IMG/VR virus record: IMGVR_UViG_3300042940_001100
Location: 1 to 64,000 of that record
Strand: one strand, 5' to 3'
Length of the DNA: 64,000 bases
Source of the DNA: a virus
A model generated the notes under the pieces. That model was given only the letters and a program-made list of their open reading frames with translations, searched no databases and had not been told where the DNA came from. Numbering within the stretch: position 1 is the stretch's first letter; the number at the start of each line of letters is the position of its first letter. Both the position numbers and the translations under genes were made by a program. This document shows positions 44,201 to 54,743 of this stretch, one piece after another.

Positions 44201-46634
44201 AGATTATCAACCAGGAGTAGTTGTTAATAATTTATATAGACAAAGAACTGTTGTCTTAGAGATGGGAAAATCCTTTGGTGTAGATATAGCTCCGCCACCA
44301 GTTATTGATAAAACTAGATATGATGCGGCAGGCTTAACTGCTCCTGGTTTTTGGGATGTTAATATATTTAATAATCCTATATATACTATAGAAGATTTAT
44401 GTTCAAAAGAAATTACAGGATCTCAAACTAAAAATAATGGTCAAATATGTTCATCTTATTATGCTGCTTTAAAAGTAAGAATAGATAATCAATATGGACA
44501 ACTTAATAGAATAGTACAAGTTCCTATTGATAATTGTTATGTACCGGTTACAATTAATAAAGTAACTAAACAAATTGTTCCTGGAAAAGGTAACTTTACA
44601 AAGTCTTTATTTGGTGGAGATACTTATGTAAATAGATATACAGAAAAGAATAACTTTCAATTCTTTTATGATTGGTTATATGGAGAACCAGAAGGTGCAC
44701 AATTTAATTACCAGCAGCACAATATGATTCCATATCCTAAGTATTGGGCTAATTTTAATAAGTTTCAGACTAGTGATTTTACAACATCTTTTACAGCATT
44801 TTTAATTAATCCTGTTAACTGGCCTAATATAGGTAATCCGGGAACAATAATTACTCCTAGAGATTATTATGCATTAGATGGTCCTGGTAATTCTGGACCA
44901 TGGGTTACTAATATTAAAGATAATTTTAGATTTGATAAGAGAGGTTGGTTCTATTTATTTAATTCTGGTATCAGAGACTTCTTTGTAGAGAGTGAGATAA
45001 ATCTAGCACAGCGTGAGCGCGGAGAGCTACAAGCTGAAAGATTTTACAATCCTTACTTTGGAGGAAACTCAAAAGATCTAACAACAACTGATATTATTAA
45101 AGTAGGTAATTATTATAAGTATGATGAGTCATTAAGTATAGCTAAGTTATTTATTAACTATGCATCTTGGGCATCAACTCAATCACCAAGTTATAATCCT
45201 TATATAGCAGAGACTTGTTTTCTGTATCAACCTAAAAGAGTTATCTATTCTTTACCAGCTCAGTTTGAAGGATTAAGAGATGGATGGAAAATCTTCTTAC
45301 CTAATAACTATCAAGATTTTCTTAATATTGTTACTTGTATAAAGCCTGTAAATAAAAGTGGTGCTATGATATTCTTTGATGCAGCTAGTCCTGTTCAATT
45401 TCAAGGCACTGATCAATTACAAACAGACTTAGGTACCAAGCTTACTATTGGTGATGGTGGATTATTTACTCAACCTCTACAAGCTCTTATTAATGTTGAT
45501 GCATCTCATGAGTATGCTAGTTGTCAAAATAGATTAAGTGTTATTAATACACCAGCTGGTTTATTCTGGATGAGTCAAAACCAAGGTAAAGTATTTAGTC
45601 TTGCTGATGGTATCAAGGAAGTTTCTAATATTAATCTTAAGTGGTGGTTTGCAAAATATTTACCTTATAAGATCATAGAAGATTTTCCTGATTTTGCACT
45701 AATAGATAATCCTGTAATAGGTGTAGGATGTCAATCTATTTATGATAATCAAAATGGCTTAATTTATTTCTGTAAAAAAGATTATATTTTAAGAAAAGAT
45801 ATAACTGAGACTCTTACTTATGTTGGATCAAATAAATTTAAAGTAGTTGAAACAGGCGCTCCTGTTATACTTGGTAATCCTTTATTCTTTGAAGATGCTA
45901 GTTGGACAATAAGTTATGATCCTAAAACTGGAGGTTGGTTAAGTCAACATGATTGGCACCCAACATTAAACATGCCGGGTAAGAATACTTTCATGACAGT
46001 TAATCCTACAGATAAGAAAGGTATATGGATACACAATACAAGATGTGATCTTTATGCTAATTACTATGGTAAGAATTATCCTTTTGAAGTAGAGTTCATA
46101 GTTAACAGTGGACAGCAAATTAATACTCTAAGAAGTATTGAGTACATCATGGAGGTTTATAAGTACGCGGAGAATTGTTATGATAGATTCCATGTATTAG
46201 ATTTCAACTTTGATGAAGCTGTTATTTACAACACGGAGCAGGTCTCAGGTTTACTTAAGTTAAATCTTAGCCCACTGAATAATCCATTTGGTTTATTAAA
46301 CTATCCTGTTGTAGGCCCAACTGATATTCAGATCCTATTTACTAAGAAAGAGAACAAATACAGATTTAATCAGTTCTGGGATATTACAGATGATAGAGGA
46401 GAATTCTTCAATCCAGCTATTCCAGGATTTGCTCAAAGACCTATTTGGGATACCAAACCAAATGGTTATATTAGAACTCTGAATCCTAGTAACTTAAATT
46501 ATAGTAAAGATCCTTTTCAAAGAAAAAAATTCAGACACTACACTGTCTCTGTTTTATTAAGAAGAAAAGTATCCGGAGATAAGAAGATGCTAGTGATGAT
46601 AGCAAATGTTAAGAACCTTTATTCACCAAGATAA
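41238..46634 (+). CDS. tail stabilization/muzzle protein
   Basis: 1798 aa, beta-propeller-like; YMRDEVYAFFI, IRHHKFP, FGGDTYV and WTISYDP...WLSQHDW motifs as in crAss-like stabilization proteins. Confidence 0.75.
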   Translation: MAEQNNSTSSNDSKSFDKSLNKDVNDFHLPTNEWSGARNAINNSITGDLGKLGNEPANLLCLTTDLKYPIIGFIHIIEDKWAVFSTDSVNSEIGLFVESNCGVPDPIKNPAYSVVVNAACLNFKPENLIIGVSRATSTCTYKLYWDDGLNPSRVLEIDVDNPLNNLPFLPPPAPPGTNNPNSPIPWVQNCVDSNGPAPGGCIICTNTPVLDCDKLRLAQFMSPICPRVANGVSGGNLLNGSYLVAMAYAIKGQKISDWYVSNVQSLWTQGNSSGSLDVFIDSIDLDFDEILVTLISVVNQQAVGRDAGIYSTRQTRLSFDIINDAWPAVPVEQLPIMTPIVDKSDAMYAVGDYLIRVGPTNKQDFNYQPLANQIVAKWQSVEYSGDYYAKGGNKTNYMRDEVYAFFIQWIYDTGDKSASYHIPGRPAFPNDITPANVLNAFTGDTLNWQVENTATAIPIAPVPQSDGGVLIGEGYMGYWESTEFYPDKTPQIWNADSQCWSSLTPNLIPNCTEPIPPIPYPGTVAGNASYNLCGTPIRHHKFPEDNLTAETNRYNAGLGTTIRIMGVKFENIRAPRDNSGNLIPGIIGYRILRGTRNGNKTIIAKGMINNMHEYTVPGSTKSHYMPNYPYNDLEADPFLSTTKTFTSSSFNPLGNGGGVQGDTPFPGGFGSLQFSPNYVTFHSPDTNFKDPFLSAKELRIYQNIHGDVTGKFELSEKHPREKLMTDYVFLVSAIGGLGIAALNLNGERTTNTNVPNYQGFSYRELYSKTADYDLDHGGTNTLQPGGIQTYGPAMPNAGTLTQTTGATTNVNENTTGDVTNSAPIKAGFASGPDPDFWDTLLIQGPLITQLGFFNAYAGTVGLSNLIGATTGSGGPADSLKTQAGLMNNDAAIFNAGGSWAYGTTNISYKDGQQNRIPSFLNTVVALPTFLNYFSDGTDSFIRLILAILRYRDYAVRYHSHGFYNKTDLKPTVFRTTLASQQYIDPEILDYQPGVVVNNLYRQRTVVLEMGKSFGVDIAPPPVIDKTRYDAAGLTAPGFWDVNIFNNPIYTIEDLCSKEITGSQTKNNGQICSSYYAALKVRIDNQYGQLNRIVQVPIDNCYVPVTINKVTKQIVPGKGNFTKSLFGGDTYVNRYTEKNNFQFFYDWLYGEPEGAQFNYQQHNMIPYPKYWANFNKFQTSDFTTSFTAFLINPVNWPNIGNPGTIITPRDYYALDGPGNSGPWVTNIKDNFRFDKRGWFYLFNSGIRDFFVESEINLAQRERGELQAERFYNPYFGGNSKDLTTTDIIKVGNYYKYDESLSIAKLFINYASWASTQSPSYNPYIAETCFLYQPKRVIYSLPAQFEGLRDGWKIFLPNNYQDFLNIVTCIKPVNKSGAMIFFDAASPVQFQGTDQLQTDLGTKLTIGDGGLFTQPLQALINVDASHEYASCQNRLSVINTPAGLFWMSQNQGKVFSLADGIKEVSNINLKWWFAKYLPYKIIEDFPDFALIDNPVIGVGCQSIYDNQNGLIYFCKKDYILRKDITETLTYVGSNKFKVVETGAPVILGNPLFFEDASWTISYDPKTGGWLSQHDWHPTLNMPGKNTFMTVNPTDKKGIWIHNTRCDLYANYYGKNYPFEVEFIVNSGQQINTLRSIEYIMEVYKYAENCYDRFHVLDFNFDEAVIYNTEQVSGLLKLNLSPLNNPFGLLNYPVVGPTDIQILFTKKENKYRFNQFWDITDDRGEFFNPAIPGFAQRPIWDTKPNGYIRTLNPSNLNYSKDPFQRKKFRHYTVSVLLRRKVSGDKKMLVMIANVKNLYSPR

Positions 46635-49600
46635 TGAAGCAGAACAAAGTACCTAAGAATGAATACACAAACGGGGAACCTTCTCCTTATAGAAAGAACC
46701 CTTTCAATAAAGATGTATTCTATGGAGATGATGGTCAATATGCACACCCTGGTCAAGTAACTAGAATACCTGGTGATGCTTTTGGTACTCATATAACAAT
46801 GAAAGGTATCAATCAACCTTTGTATGCAAGAGATGATCAAGGTAATGAACAGATGATGCAACCTGGTGAAGACTATACTTTTCCAGGACAGTATGTTACT
46901 GAGTATCCTCAAATACAAACAGCTCAATATGGTGAACAATTTAATACTTATGAAGCAGATCTTATATCTAAAGTATTAATGAATAGAAACAGAGATAAAG
47001 ACTTTGTTAAAAGAGCTTATGATGTAGGAGCTTATCCTGATTCTAATATGTTTACAGGATTAGATACAGAAGATTTTGGAAATAGAATGAGTCATAAAAT
47101 GTCTTGGGGTGAAGATGATTCTGGACAAGCTTATATGTATCCTGATATTTATAATCCTAACAATGAAGCTATAAAAGTTCCTAATCAATATGCAGATTAT
47201 ATATCTTCTGAAGGATATAAAAAAGCTACAGGAATGCCTGTTAAAAAATATGGTGGTGGACTTTTAAACAAGACTCTCACTTGTCCTAGTTGTGGTTGGT
47301 CTTGGAAAGCTGCAGATGGTGGTAAAGATATTGCAACATGTCATAAATGTGGAGGTACAGCTAAACTAGCTTATGGTGGAATACCTATGGCTCAAGAAGG
47401 ATTTGAAAATCAAGAAGATCCTATAGCTCATCTTAAGTGGGGTAAGTATATTGATGATCCTAACAGAAGAAAACAACACATAGTTGATGTTTATCAATAT
47501 CTTATGGATTCAAGATGGGATCCTAAGAATATTGTATCTTTTATGAAAAATGTAGGTGGCTATGGTTCTAAAAGCAGAGGGTCTCTTGCTAAGAGTGGAG
47601 CTGATTGGGGTTGGGATAATGAAGATATTACCAATGAAGTTTTAGGAGAAGCTTGGGATGACTATTACAACAAAGTAAGAAAGATTAAAAGCAAGCAAGC
47701 TTATGGCGGAAATCCTTCTCTACCTAACATAGAAAGTCATTATCAAAAAGGGGGCACTAAAATTTATACAGATAAAGCATTATTTGATAAAGCATACAAA
47801 GCTGAAACAGATAGTTTAAATCTTTATAATTTATCTAATCAATTAGTAAGAGGTAACTATGGATTTTCAGATAATTATGAATTTCCAGCAAATCCTAAAT
47901 ATTGGGAAGATTATAAAATTAAGTATAATCCTTCTGGTTTTACAAAAGACATTAATAATAATAAAATACCAATAGGTAGTAATAATACTAGAAAAGAAGT
48001 AGAAGCAAGTCTTAAAAGAAAAATTAAACCTCTTGGTTATACTTATTCTGATTTTGCGGTACCGGTATATAAAAAACCAGTAATACATAATGTATATCAA
48101 GAACCTGTACCAGAAGCTGTCAAAGAACAACCTAAGAAAACAGAAGCTTCTAAGAAAGATTATCATCACAGACAAGTTGATTTCAGTAGTCCTTATGGTG
48201 CAGTGATGAAGTACTATGATGAGGCAGGAAAAGTAATAAGAGAAGAACCTTACAAAAAACCTTTTGGTGGTATACATAGTAAGACTCATACTCACATGCA
48301 AGAAGGTGGATGGTTAGATGACCTAGACAAATATCAAGGAGGCGGCTGGGATGAAAACTTTCAAAGACCTGGACCAGTTGCTGAAAACTCTATACCTGTT
48401 GCTAGCCCATCTTTTAATCCTAAAATATCACAAGAGTTTATACAGCAAAATGTTACTCCTTATTCTTATCAACTACCTCCTTTAAGAACTTTTAAAGATT
48501 TTAAAGGAAAAAGATCTAGTCCTGCTGTAGATTATAAGGATTACCTGGATTATAAATGGCATAGTGATAGAAATGATTTAGAATCAGCCGAAGATCTATA
48601 TCAAAGGAGAGGAGAATGGGAGAATGAGATATTAGGATCAGAATTCTTAAAAGACCCTGAAATAAAAGCTTTTACAAAACTAGATAGGCTAGATGATGTT
48701 TATTATGATAAAAGTAAAGAAAACCAATATTATATTCCAAGTGGCAAAAAAATAAAACTTACACAAGGCAGATATAATCTTGGTAAGATTGATACAGGTC
48801 TTATAGATGAGGTTGTAAAAAAAGCTAAACAATACGGTGTTGATCCTTTAGATATATTATCAATTGCTGGTAGAGAATCTACTTTTGGACAACCTTATGG
48901 TGACCCAAGTAGTGTGAGACGAGAGAATGATTTAACAGAAGTATTTAGTGCCTGGGCAAATTCTGAGGCAAATGATGGTAATTTTTATAACTACTTTGGA
49001 AAAAAGAAACATCCAGGACTAAAGTTGGTAAAAAATAAAAGTGGATGGAACTACCGTCCTGAAGATGAAAGCAAAAAAACTCAAATATTTACTCAAGAGG
49101 ATGTAGATGAGTATTTAAAGTACAGACAAGAACAAGAAAAAATAAAATCTAAAGATAATGCTTTAGATTTTGTAGCAAAGAAGATAAAGAACAAGGAGCT
49201 TCATAAGTATAATCCTGGAGATCCTGATTATCAAAATAAACTTGCTAATGAGAAAAAACTTTTAGCTCAAGAAAAAGAGTTGATGAAATATCTTAAAAGT
49301 AACAAAGAAGATCAATTAACAACTAAACAATATGGTGGCTGGCTAGATGAACTAGATGAAGAATACAGAAGAGGTGGTATGGTTAATCCTCTAATGAAAT
49401 CTAGAAGTAAGAGATCAGGAACATCTAAGAATATCCAGTCTTCTATTAATAAGCTCTTCTTAAGAAACCGTGATATATTTGGACCAGGTGGTAAGAATAT
49501 TTATGATCCAAAATCTAAGTATCAAGATGGTGGAGATCTTCCTAAAGCTCAGCTAGGAGCTCTTCTAAAGAAAGGTGCAAAGGCTGCATTAAAAGTTGCT

Positions 49601-51901
49601 AAGTCTGCATCACCTCACGGAAGTTGGACTCATGTAGAAGCTATAAAACCAAGAACAAAACTTGAAAAAGTTATTGATGTAACAAAAAGCTTAGCTAAAG
49701 ATGTAGCTCATAATGTTGACAAAAAAATAGTAACACCTATTCAGTTTAGAAAAGACATAAAGCAAATAAAAAACAAAGCTGCTAAACAGCATGAGTATTT
49801 TCAAAAACCTGAAGTTGTAAAAAAACTAGAAGATATTGGAGCAAGTCCTTCTGCTATAAAATTTTTGCAAAGACCTAACCAGGTTGATCTATCTTTTGTA
49901 CCTAACATTGGAAGTCATTATGATACAGTATTTGATCATATAAACATAGACATGAGACAAGCAAAAAAGTTGTCTAAAAAGCTTGGTATGACACCAATGC
50001 AAGCTTATGAACATGAGTTAGGTCATAAAATACAACAAAATATAGATCTAGGTTCTGCTGAGTTTCAACAAAAATATGCTAAGTATAAAAAAGATCTTGA
50101 AGACTATACTATTAGAAAAGGTTTACAAAGTAATACATCTAGTTTAGATCCTATGGCTGTAAGAAACATGTCAGACTTTGTAAAGAACATGGATATTCCA
50201 CTGCCTCCTAGAGCTACATCTAAACCTACTCTTTTAGATAAACAAGCTGCTGGTATGCTTAGACTTAGAGCTAAGGATAAAAAATTACTTACACCAGAAG
50301 AAAAGAAAATACTTCATTACTACCACTCTGAATATCCAGATCAAGGTATATCAAAAATAGGTTATGATATAGAACATGGTGCAGAAAGAGTTCCTCATTT
50401 AAGAGAGATGAGACAAGCTATGATTGATAAAGGTCATATAGAAAATGAACTATCACCTATTACTGAAGATATTGTAAGAAACTTTATTAAAGAAAATCCT
50501 AGTAACAGAATAGCTCAGTTCATGGATCCTAACTTTAACATTAACTATAAAAAGCTTGTTAAGACATTTAAACATTTGCCAGCTCTTGCTCCTATTGGAA
50601 TAGGTGCTGCTGCTTTACAAGAAGAAAAAGATGGAGGTTGGTTAGACAAAGCTCAACTTGGTAAAATTATAACTAGACCTTTAACACTACTTACCAAAAC
50701 AGAAATGTTAAGTAAAAAAGGTAAAAATATGGGTTATAGAAAAATAGGTAATGTTGCTGGCTTACAAGATCTTATTAGAAAAAAAGGTGCACAAGCTCCT
50801 GCTCCCATGAAAATGAGATCTGGTTTATATGCAGATACACCATTTTTTGGAATGGGTAAAAAACCTAATGAAAATTATAAAGGTATTTATGCAGTAGAGG
50901 TAGATCCTCATAATCCAAAATATAACTGGACATCAAGAGTTGCTGGAACAGATAATTTAGGAGTAGCACCTATAAATCCTAAAACAGGAGAGCTTATTAA
51001 AAACATTCCACTAGAAGACTTAAATGTTTATAGAAAAAAATGGTTTAGTGATAATTATAAAAGGCTAGATCCAGAAAATCTAGAAGAAGGTTTAAAAAAT
51101 GCAAAGTTACAATCAGGATTAGAAAATGCTTGGAAGTGGGGTGTAAGAGGTACTGCTGCTGTTGCTGCTCATGATTATATGTCAAAGGATAGTGATGATT
51201 GGGCACCTCAAATACAAAACTATCTAAACATAAAACAAAAAGGTGGAAACAATATTAGTGAAAGCACTTTTGTAAGAAAGCCTATAGTAAATATTAAAAA
51301 ACCAAATAGACAACCAACAGCTGATGACTTAGCTTGGTATAGTATGATGGCTGCTCAAGAAAGACAACCAGATGTCTTACAACAAAAACAAGCACAAGGA
51401 AAAGGTAGCAAAGCTTGGGATATTATGATGAATCCTTTTACTGCTGCCGGTCACATGTATCAACATGGATCAATTCCTGATAATTTTACACAAGGTCCAA
51501 CAAGTGCATTAGATATAGCACCTCAGTTTGTTAACCCTGTCACTTATGCTGAGATGATTTACAACACAGGAAAAGCAGCAGTTAACCCACAGACTTACAA
51601 AGACATGGCAAAAACTGCACAAGGTTTAGGTATGAAAGCTATGGGTAAAGAAGGTCCTGAAGGTTGGCAAGAAGCCGGACTTAATACTTTAGGTATGGGT
51701 ATAGATGCAGTATTTGCTTTACCAGGTGTAAAAATGGCAAAAGGTCTTAAGAAAAATATTAGTAAGTCTATAAACAAGTCTATCAATAAGACAGCTAAGG
51801 GTATAAAAAAAGGAGTAAGTGAGAATATGAGAAATTATCCAGGGCCAGCAATTACTCCAACTAACTTTAAAACAGGTGGCTGGCTTGATAATTTACATTA
51901 A
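46634..51901 (+). CDS. giant modular virion cargo protein (Zn ribbon, SLT-like, zincin HExxH)
   Basis: CPSC/CHKC; AKQYGVDP...RESTFG...YN; HELGH; modules separated by xxGG(WLD) and KAQLG linkers. Confidence 0.65.
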   Translation: MKQNKVPKNEYTNGEPSPYRKNPFNKDVFYGDDGQYAHPGQVTRIPGDAFGTHITMKGINQPLYARDDQGNEQMMQPGEDYTFPGQYVTEYPQIQTAQYGEQFNTYEADLISKVLMNRNRDKDFVKRAYDVGAYPDSNMFTGLDTEDFGNRMSHKMSWGEDDSGQAYMYPDIYNPNNEAIKVPNQYADYISSEGYKKATGMPVKKYGGGLLNKTLTCPSCGWSWKAADGGKDIATCHKCGGTAKLAYGGIPMAQEGFENQEDPIAHLKWGKYIDDPNRRKQHIVDVYQYLMDSRWDPKNIVSFMKNVGGYGSKSRGSLAKSGADWGWDNEDITNEVLGEAWDDYYNKVRKIKSKQAYGGNPSLPNIESHYQKGGTKIYTDKALFDKAYKAETDSLNLYNLSNQLVRGNYGFSDNYEFPANPKYWEDYKIKYNPSGFTKDINNNKIPIGSNNTRKEVEASLKRKIKPLGYTYSDFAVPVYKKPVIHNVYQEPVPEAVKEQPKKTEASKKDYHHRQVDFSSPYGAVMKYYDEAGKVIREEPYKKPFGGIHSKTHTHMQEGGWLDDLDKYQGGGWDENFQRPGPVAENSIPVASPSFNPKISQEFIQQNVTPYSYQLPPLRTFKDFKGKRSSPAVDYKDYLDYKWHSDRNDLESAEDLYQRRGEWENEILGSEFLKDPEIKAFTKLDRLDDVYYDKSKENQYYIPSGKKIKLTQGRYNLGKIDTGLIDEVVKKAKQYGVDPLDILSIAGRESTFGQPYGDPSSVRRENDLTEVFSAWANSEANDGNFYNYFGKKKHPGLKLVKNKSGWNYRPEDESKKTQIFTQEDVDEYLKYRQEQEKIKSKDNALDFVAKKIKNKELHKYNPGDPDYQNKLANEKKLLAQEKELMKYLKSNKEDQLTTKQYGGWLDELDEEYRRGGMVNPLMKSRSKRSGTSKNIQSSINKLFLRNRDIFGPGGKNIYDPKSKYQDGGDLPKAQLGALLKKGAKAALKVAKSASPHGSWTHVEAIKPRTKLEKVIDVTKSLAKDVAHNVDKKIVTPIQFRKDIKQIKNKAAKQHEYFQKPEVVKKLEDIGASPSAIKFLQRPNQVDLSFVPNIGSHYDTVFDHINIDMRQAKKLSKKLGMTPMQAYEHELGHKIQQNIDLGSAEFQQKYAKYKKDLEDYTIRKGLQSNTSSLDPMAVRNMSDFVKNMDIPLPPRATSKPTLLDKQAAGMLRLRAKDKKLLTPEEKKILHYYHSEYPDQGISKIGYDIEHGAERVPHLREMRQAMIDKGHIENELSPITEDIVRNFIKENPSNRIAQFMDPNFNINYKKLVKTFKHLPALAPIGIGAAALQEEKDGGWLDKAQLGKIITRPLTLLTKTEMLSKKGKNMGYRKIGNVAGLQDLIRKKGAQAPAPMKMRSGLYADTPFFGMGKKPNENYKGIYAVEVDPHNPKYNWTSRVAGTDNLGVAPINPKTGELIKNIPLEDLNVYRKKWFSDNYKRLDPENLEEGLKNAKLQSGLENAWKWGVRGTAAVAAHDYMSKDSDDWAPQIQNYLNIKQKGGNNISESTFVRKPIVNIKKPNRQPTADDLAWYSMMAAQERQPDVLQQKQAQGKGSKAWDIMMNPFTAAGHMYQHGSIPDNFTQGPTSALDIAPQFVNPVTYAEMIYNTGKAAVNPQTYKDMAKTAQGLGMKAMGKEGPEGWQEAGLNTLGMGIDAVFALPGVKMAKGLKKNISKSINKSINKTAKGIKKGVSENMRNYPGPAITPTNFKTGGWLDNLH

Positions 51902-51907
51902 TTTTAA

Positions 51908-51915
51908 TATATTTG
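51908..51915 (+). promoter_or_regulatory. Bacteroidota -7 element
   Basis: TATATTTG in the short intergenic gap. Confidence 0.4.
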
Positions 51916-51919
51916 TACT

Positions 51920-54739
51920 ATGACCAAAGATGAGATTTTAAATGGCATGTCAGAGCAAGAGTTCTACAGCATGTATCCTACTAGAGAGGCTTGGGAACAG
52001 TCTCAACAAGAAATGGCCTATGGTGGTTCTCCTTTTATTCAAGGCTTTCCTTTTGGTGCTGGTATAACAATGGCACATGGTGGAACTCCTTATTATGGTG
52101 GTCCAATTTATCCAGCTCAAGATGGAATACAAACTCCAGGATTTGATAGTACTAACATGGTTCTTACAGGACAAGATAATCTTAGTGATCAACAAATAGC
52201 AAATGCTAACTTAAAGTCGTTAGGTAATAATGAATATATAAACAGTGAAGGTGATAGCCGCTTTGTAAAGAATGTTAATCCAGTTGTAGTTCCTTTTAAT
52301 CCTTATGGTGTACAATCAAAAGGAAAATTTGCCAATAATCCTAATTCTTTTCTTAATACAGGAATTCCTGGAGTTAGCACTTCAACAAATAATAGTTCTG
52401 TAACAGATCAACAAGTTAATACTAAAGTAAGAGGTTCAGTACTTCCTATTCTAGGAAAAAAACAAAAATATGGTGGATTGCCTGGTGGGCCTCATCAATA
52501 TGATATGCCTTGTATGAATTGTGGTGGTTATATGGAAGATGGCGGTAATGCTAGTCCATTTAACTACGGAGCATTTCCTGCTATGCAAGGTGGTGGTGAT
52601 CCTAATGATTTATGGTTAGCTCAACAACAATTAGCTTTAGAAAAAAGAACTAAACAAGGTGTTCCTTCCGATGTTAAACCTACAGGAACTAATCCTCTTA
52701 ACTTTAATCCTTACATTAAAGGAAGTGATATTGCTCAGACTGATTCTATGCATACTAGTCCTTACAATCCTAACATTGCTGCTTACTTTAAAGGTAATAA
52801 GATGATAGCAGGACCTGCGCAAAATACAGGACAAGCTATTAAAGCAGCAAGGAAAGTCAATACCGGAAAGTTTTATAAAAAAGATAATGAAATCTACCCT
52901 AACTATCAACAAGATGGTGGAGGATTTATTAATGATGGAAGCTATCCTCAAATGAATTTTGGTGGAATAGATTATTCTAGTACTATTAATGATGTGTTTT
53001 CTAAATACCAAAAGAAGTCTGGTGGAGTTACTAGTCAAGGAGGTAATCAAAATTTGATTAAGAAACAACAAGCTGATTTTTACAATGCTATTCAAAGCAA
53101 TGTGATTAATAAGTTCAATCAAGATGAACGCGATATAGCAAACCAGGTTACACAACAAGCTACTCAAGAAGTTGATCAAGCTTATCAAGGATATCAAATG
53201 GGTGGTGGTCCAGGAATGAGTTATGGTTATAATGCATATGGTGCACCTAACTTAGATAATCAATATAATCAAGAGATGCTTCAAGCTAAACTTGATAGTT
53301 ATAATGATCAACATGCTTTAGATAGAGAGAATATGCGCGGAGCTAATCAAATGCTTGCAGGTTATATTGATCAAACATTAAGTAATAGAAGAGCCGGTGC
53401 ACAAGAAGCAATGGGTATGTATAAAGCTCAATCTGGTGGTGATTGGGATGCTGCTTGGGCTCAACAAGAAGCTGAAGAAGCTCGGAGAACAGCAGCCTAC
53501 TCTATAGAAAAGAAAAAAGCTAAAGAAGCTTATATAAATAGTCTTAGACAAAAAGGTAAAACTGCTGAAAATACTCAAAATCTATCATGGTCTCAACAAG
53601 CAATGCAAAGCTTTGGACCAGATAATAGACTTAATGGATTTAATTACTTTCCTGGTAATGTTGGTAGAGGGTATGAATTTGGTAAAGCTGATATGGCTAA
53701 GTTATCAAAGCTTACAGCTAACGATCCTCTCACAGGTGTACAACTTAATTATGGAAGATTAGGTAGAATGGCTCCAAGATTTTTTGGTCCTAAGTCTATT
53801 ACTTTTGGTACAGTGAATCCTAATAAAGGTTACTTTGAAGATCTTAAAGAACCTGTTTCATATGATCAATCTCAACAACAAAATACTGATGTAAATTATT
53901 TTAAAGAAGATCGTGAAGCAACAAAAAGAAGAGCTGAGATAGCTAAGATTGGACCAGATGCTTATAAAAGAAACCAAGCATTTGATGATATGAGTTGGAG
54001 TGAAAAAAGAGCTTCTAAAAAAGCTATGAATCAAAATCTTAATCAAAATATTGACCAAGAAAAAAGATTTGAAAAATCAAAAAAAGCAGTAGGAGCTGTG
54101 GATACAGAAAATGCTTATGGTGGATTATATAAAGCTCAAGAGGGTTATGAAAATCCTTTGGCTTTCAAACCTACTCTAACAGAAGATGACGGTATGGATA
54201 TCATGCCGCCACCAATGTCTGTTGCTAATAAACCAGTAGATCCAAACTATAATCCTTTTACTGATCAAGCTGCTATTCAGAAAAGAAGACAAGAACAAAG
54301 AGATATGTTTGGTCCTCCTATAGATGATCAACCAGATATCATGGCTCCCGATTCTGTTACAGCTAAATCAAAATTAAAAGGTGTAAAAAATTTAATAGGT
54401 CAATATGCAGTACCGGGTATTAACAAGTTAGCTAATATGTTTGAACAAGATGATCGTGAGAATAGCGAAAGAGCATTAGAGCAAGGTATGTTAGCTGATA
54501 ATGCTAAAGTAACAAGACCCGCTAATGCTTTTAATATGGGAACTTACAATGTTAATTCAGGAGACTTTAGAGAGAATCAAAAAAACTCTAGTCAATATCC
54601 TGGATTTAATGCACAATTTGGTGGATTCAATACTATGCAAATGGGTGGAGGAATGGATGATTCATGGGAAGATGATTTAACTGAAGATGAAATTGAGAAC
54701 TTAAGAGCACAAGGATATAACATTGAATATTTAGATTAA
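51920..54739 (+). CDS. low-complexity virion cargo protein with many xxGG motifs
   Basis: Q/N/G/M-rich; MAYGG, MAHGG, QKYGG, MEDGG, MNFGG, KAQSGG, AYGG, AQFGG. Confidence 0.65.
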   Translation: MTKDEILNGMSEQEFYSMYPTREAWEQSQQEMAYGGSPFIQGFPFGAGITMAHGGTPYYGGPIYPAQDGIQTPGFDSTNMVLTGQDNLSDQQIANANLKSLGNNEYINSEGDSRFVKNVNPVVVPFNPYGVQSKGKFANNPNSFLNTGIPGVSTSTNNSSVTDQQVNTKVRGSVLPILGKKQKYGGLPGGPHQYDMPCMNCGGYMEDGGNASPFNYGAFPAMQGGGDPNDLWLAQQQLALEKRTKQGVPSDVKPTGTNPLNFNPYIKGSDIAQTDSMHTSPYNPNIAAYFKGNKMIAGPAQNTGQAIKAARKVNTGKFYKKDNEIYPNYQQDGGGFINDGSYPQMNFGGIDYSSTINDVFSKYQKKSGGVTSQGGNQNLIKKQQADFYNAIQSNVINKFNQDERDIANQVTQQATQEVDQAYQGYQMGGGPGMSYGYNAYGAPNLDNQYNQEMLQAKLDSYNDQHALDRENMRGANQMLAGYIDQTLSNRRAGAQEAMGMYKAQSGGDWDAAWAQQEAEEARRTAAYSIEKKKAKEAYINSLRQKGKTAENTQNLSWSQQAMQSFGPDNRLNGFNYFPGNVGRGYEFGKADMAKLSKLTANDPLTGVQLNYGRLGRMAPRFFGPKSITFGTVNPNKGYFEDLKEPVSYDQSQQQNTDVNYFKEDREATKRRAEIAKIGPDAYKRNQAFDDMSWSEKRASKKAMNQNLNQNIDQEKRFEKSKKAVGAVDTENAYGGLYKAQEGYENPLAFKPTLTEDDGMDIMPPPMSVANKPVDPNYNPFTDQAAIQKRRQEQRDMFGPPIDDQPDIMAPDSVTAKSKLKGVKNLIGQYAVPGINKLANMFEQDDRENSERALEQGMLADNAKVTRPANAFNMGTYNVNSGDFRENQKNSSQYPGFNAQFGGFNTMQMGGGMDDSWEDDLTEDEIENLRAQGYNIEYLD

Positions 54740-54743
54740 TAAC

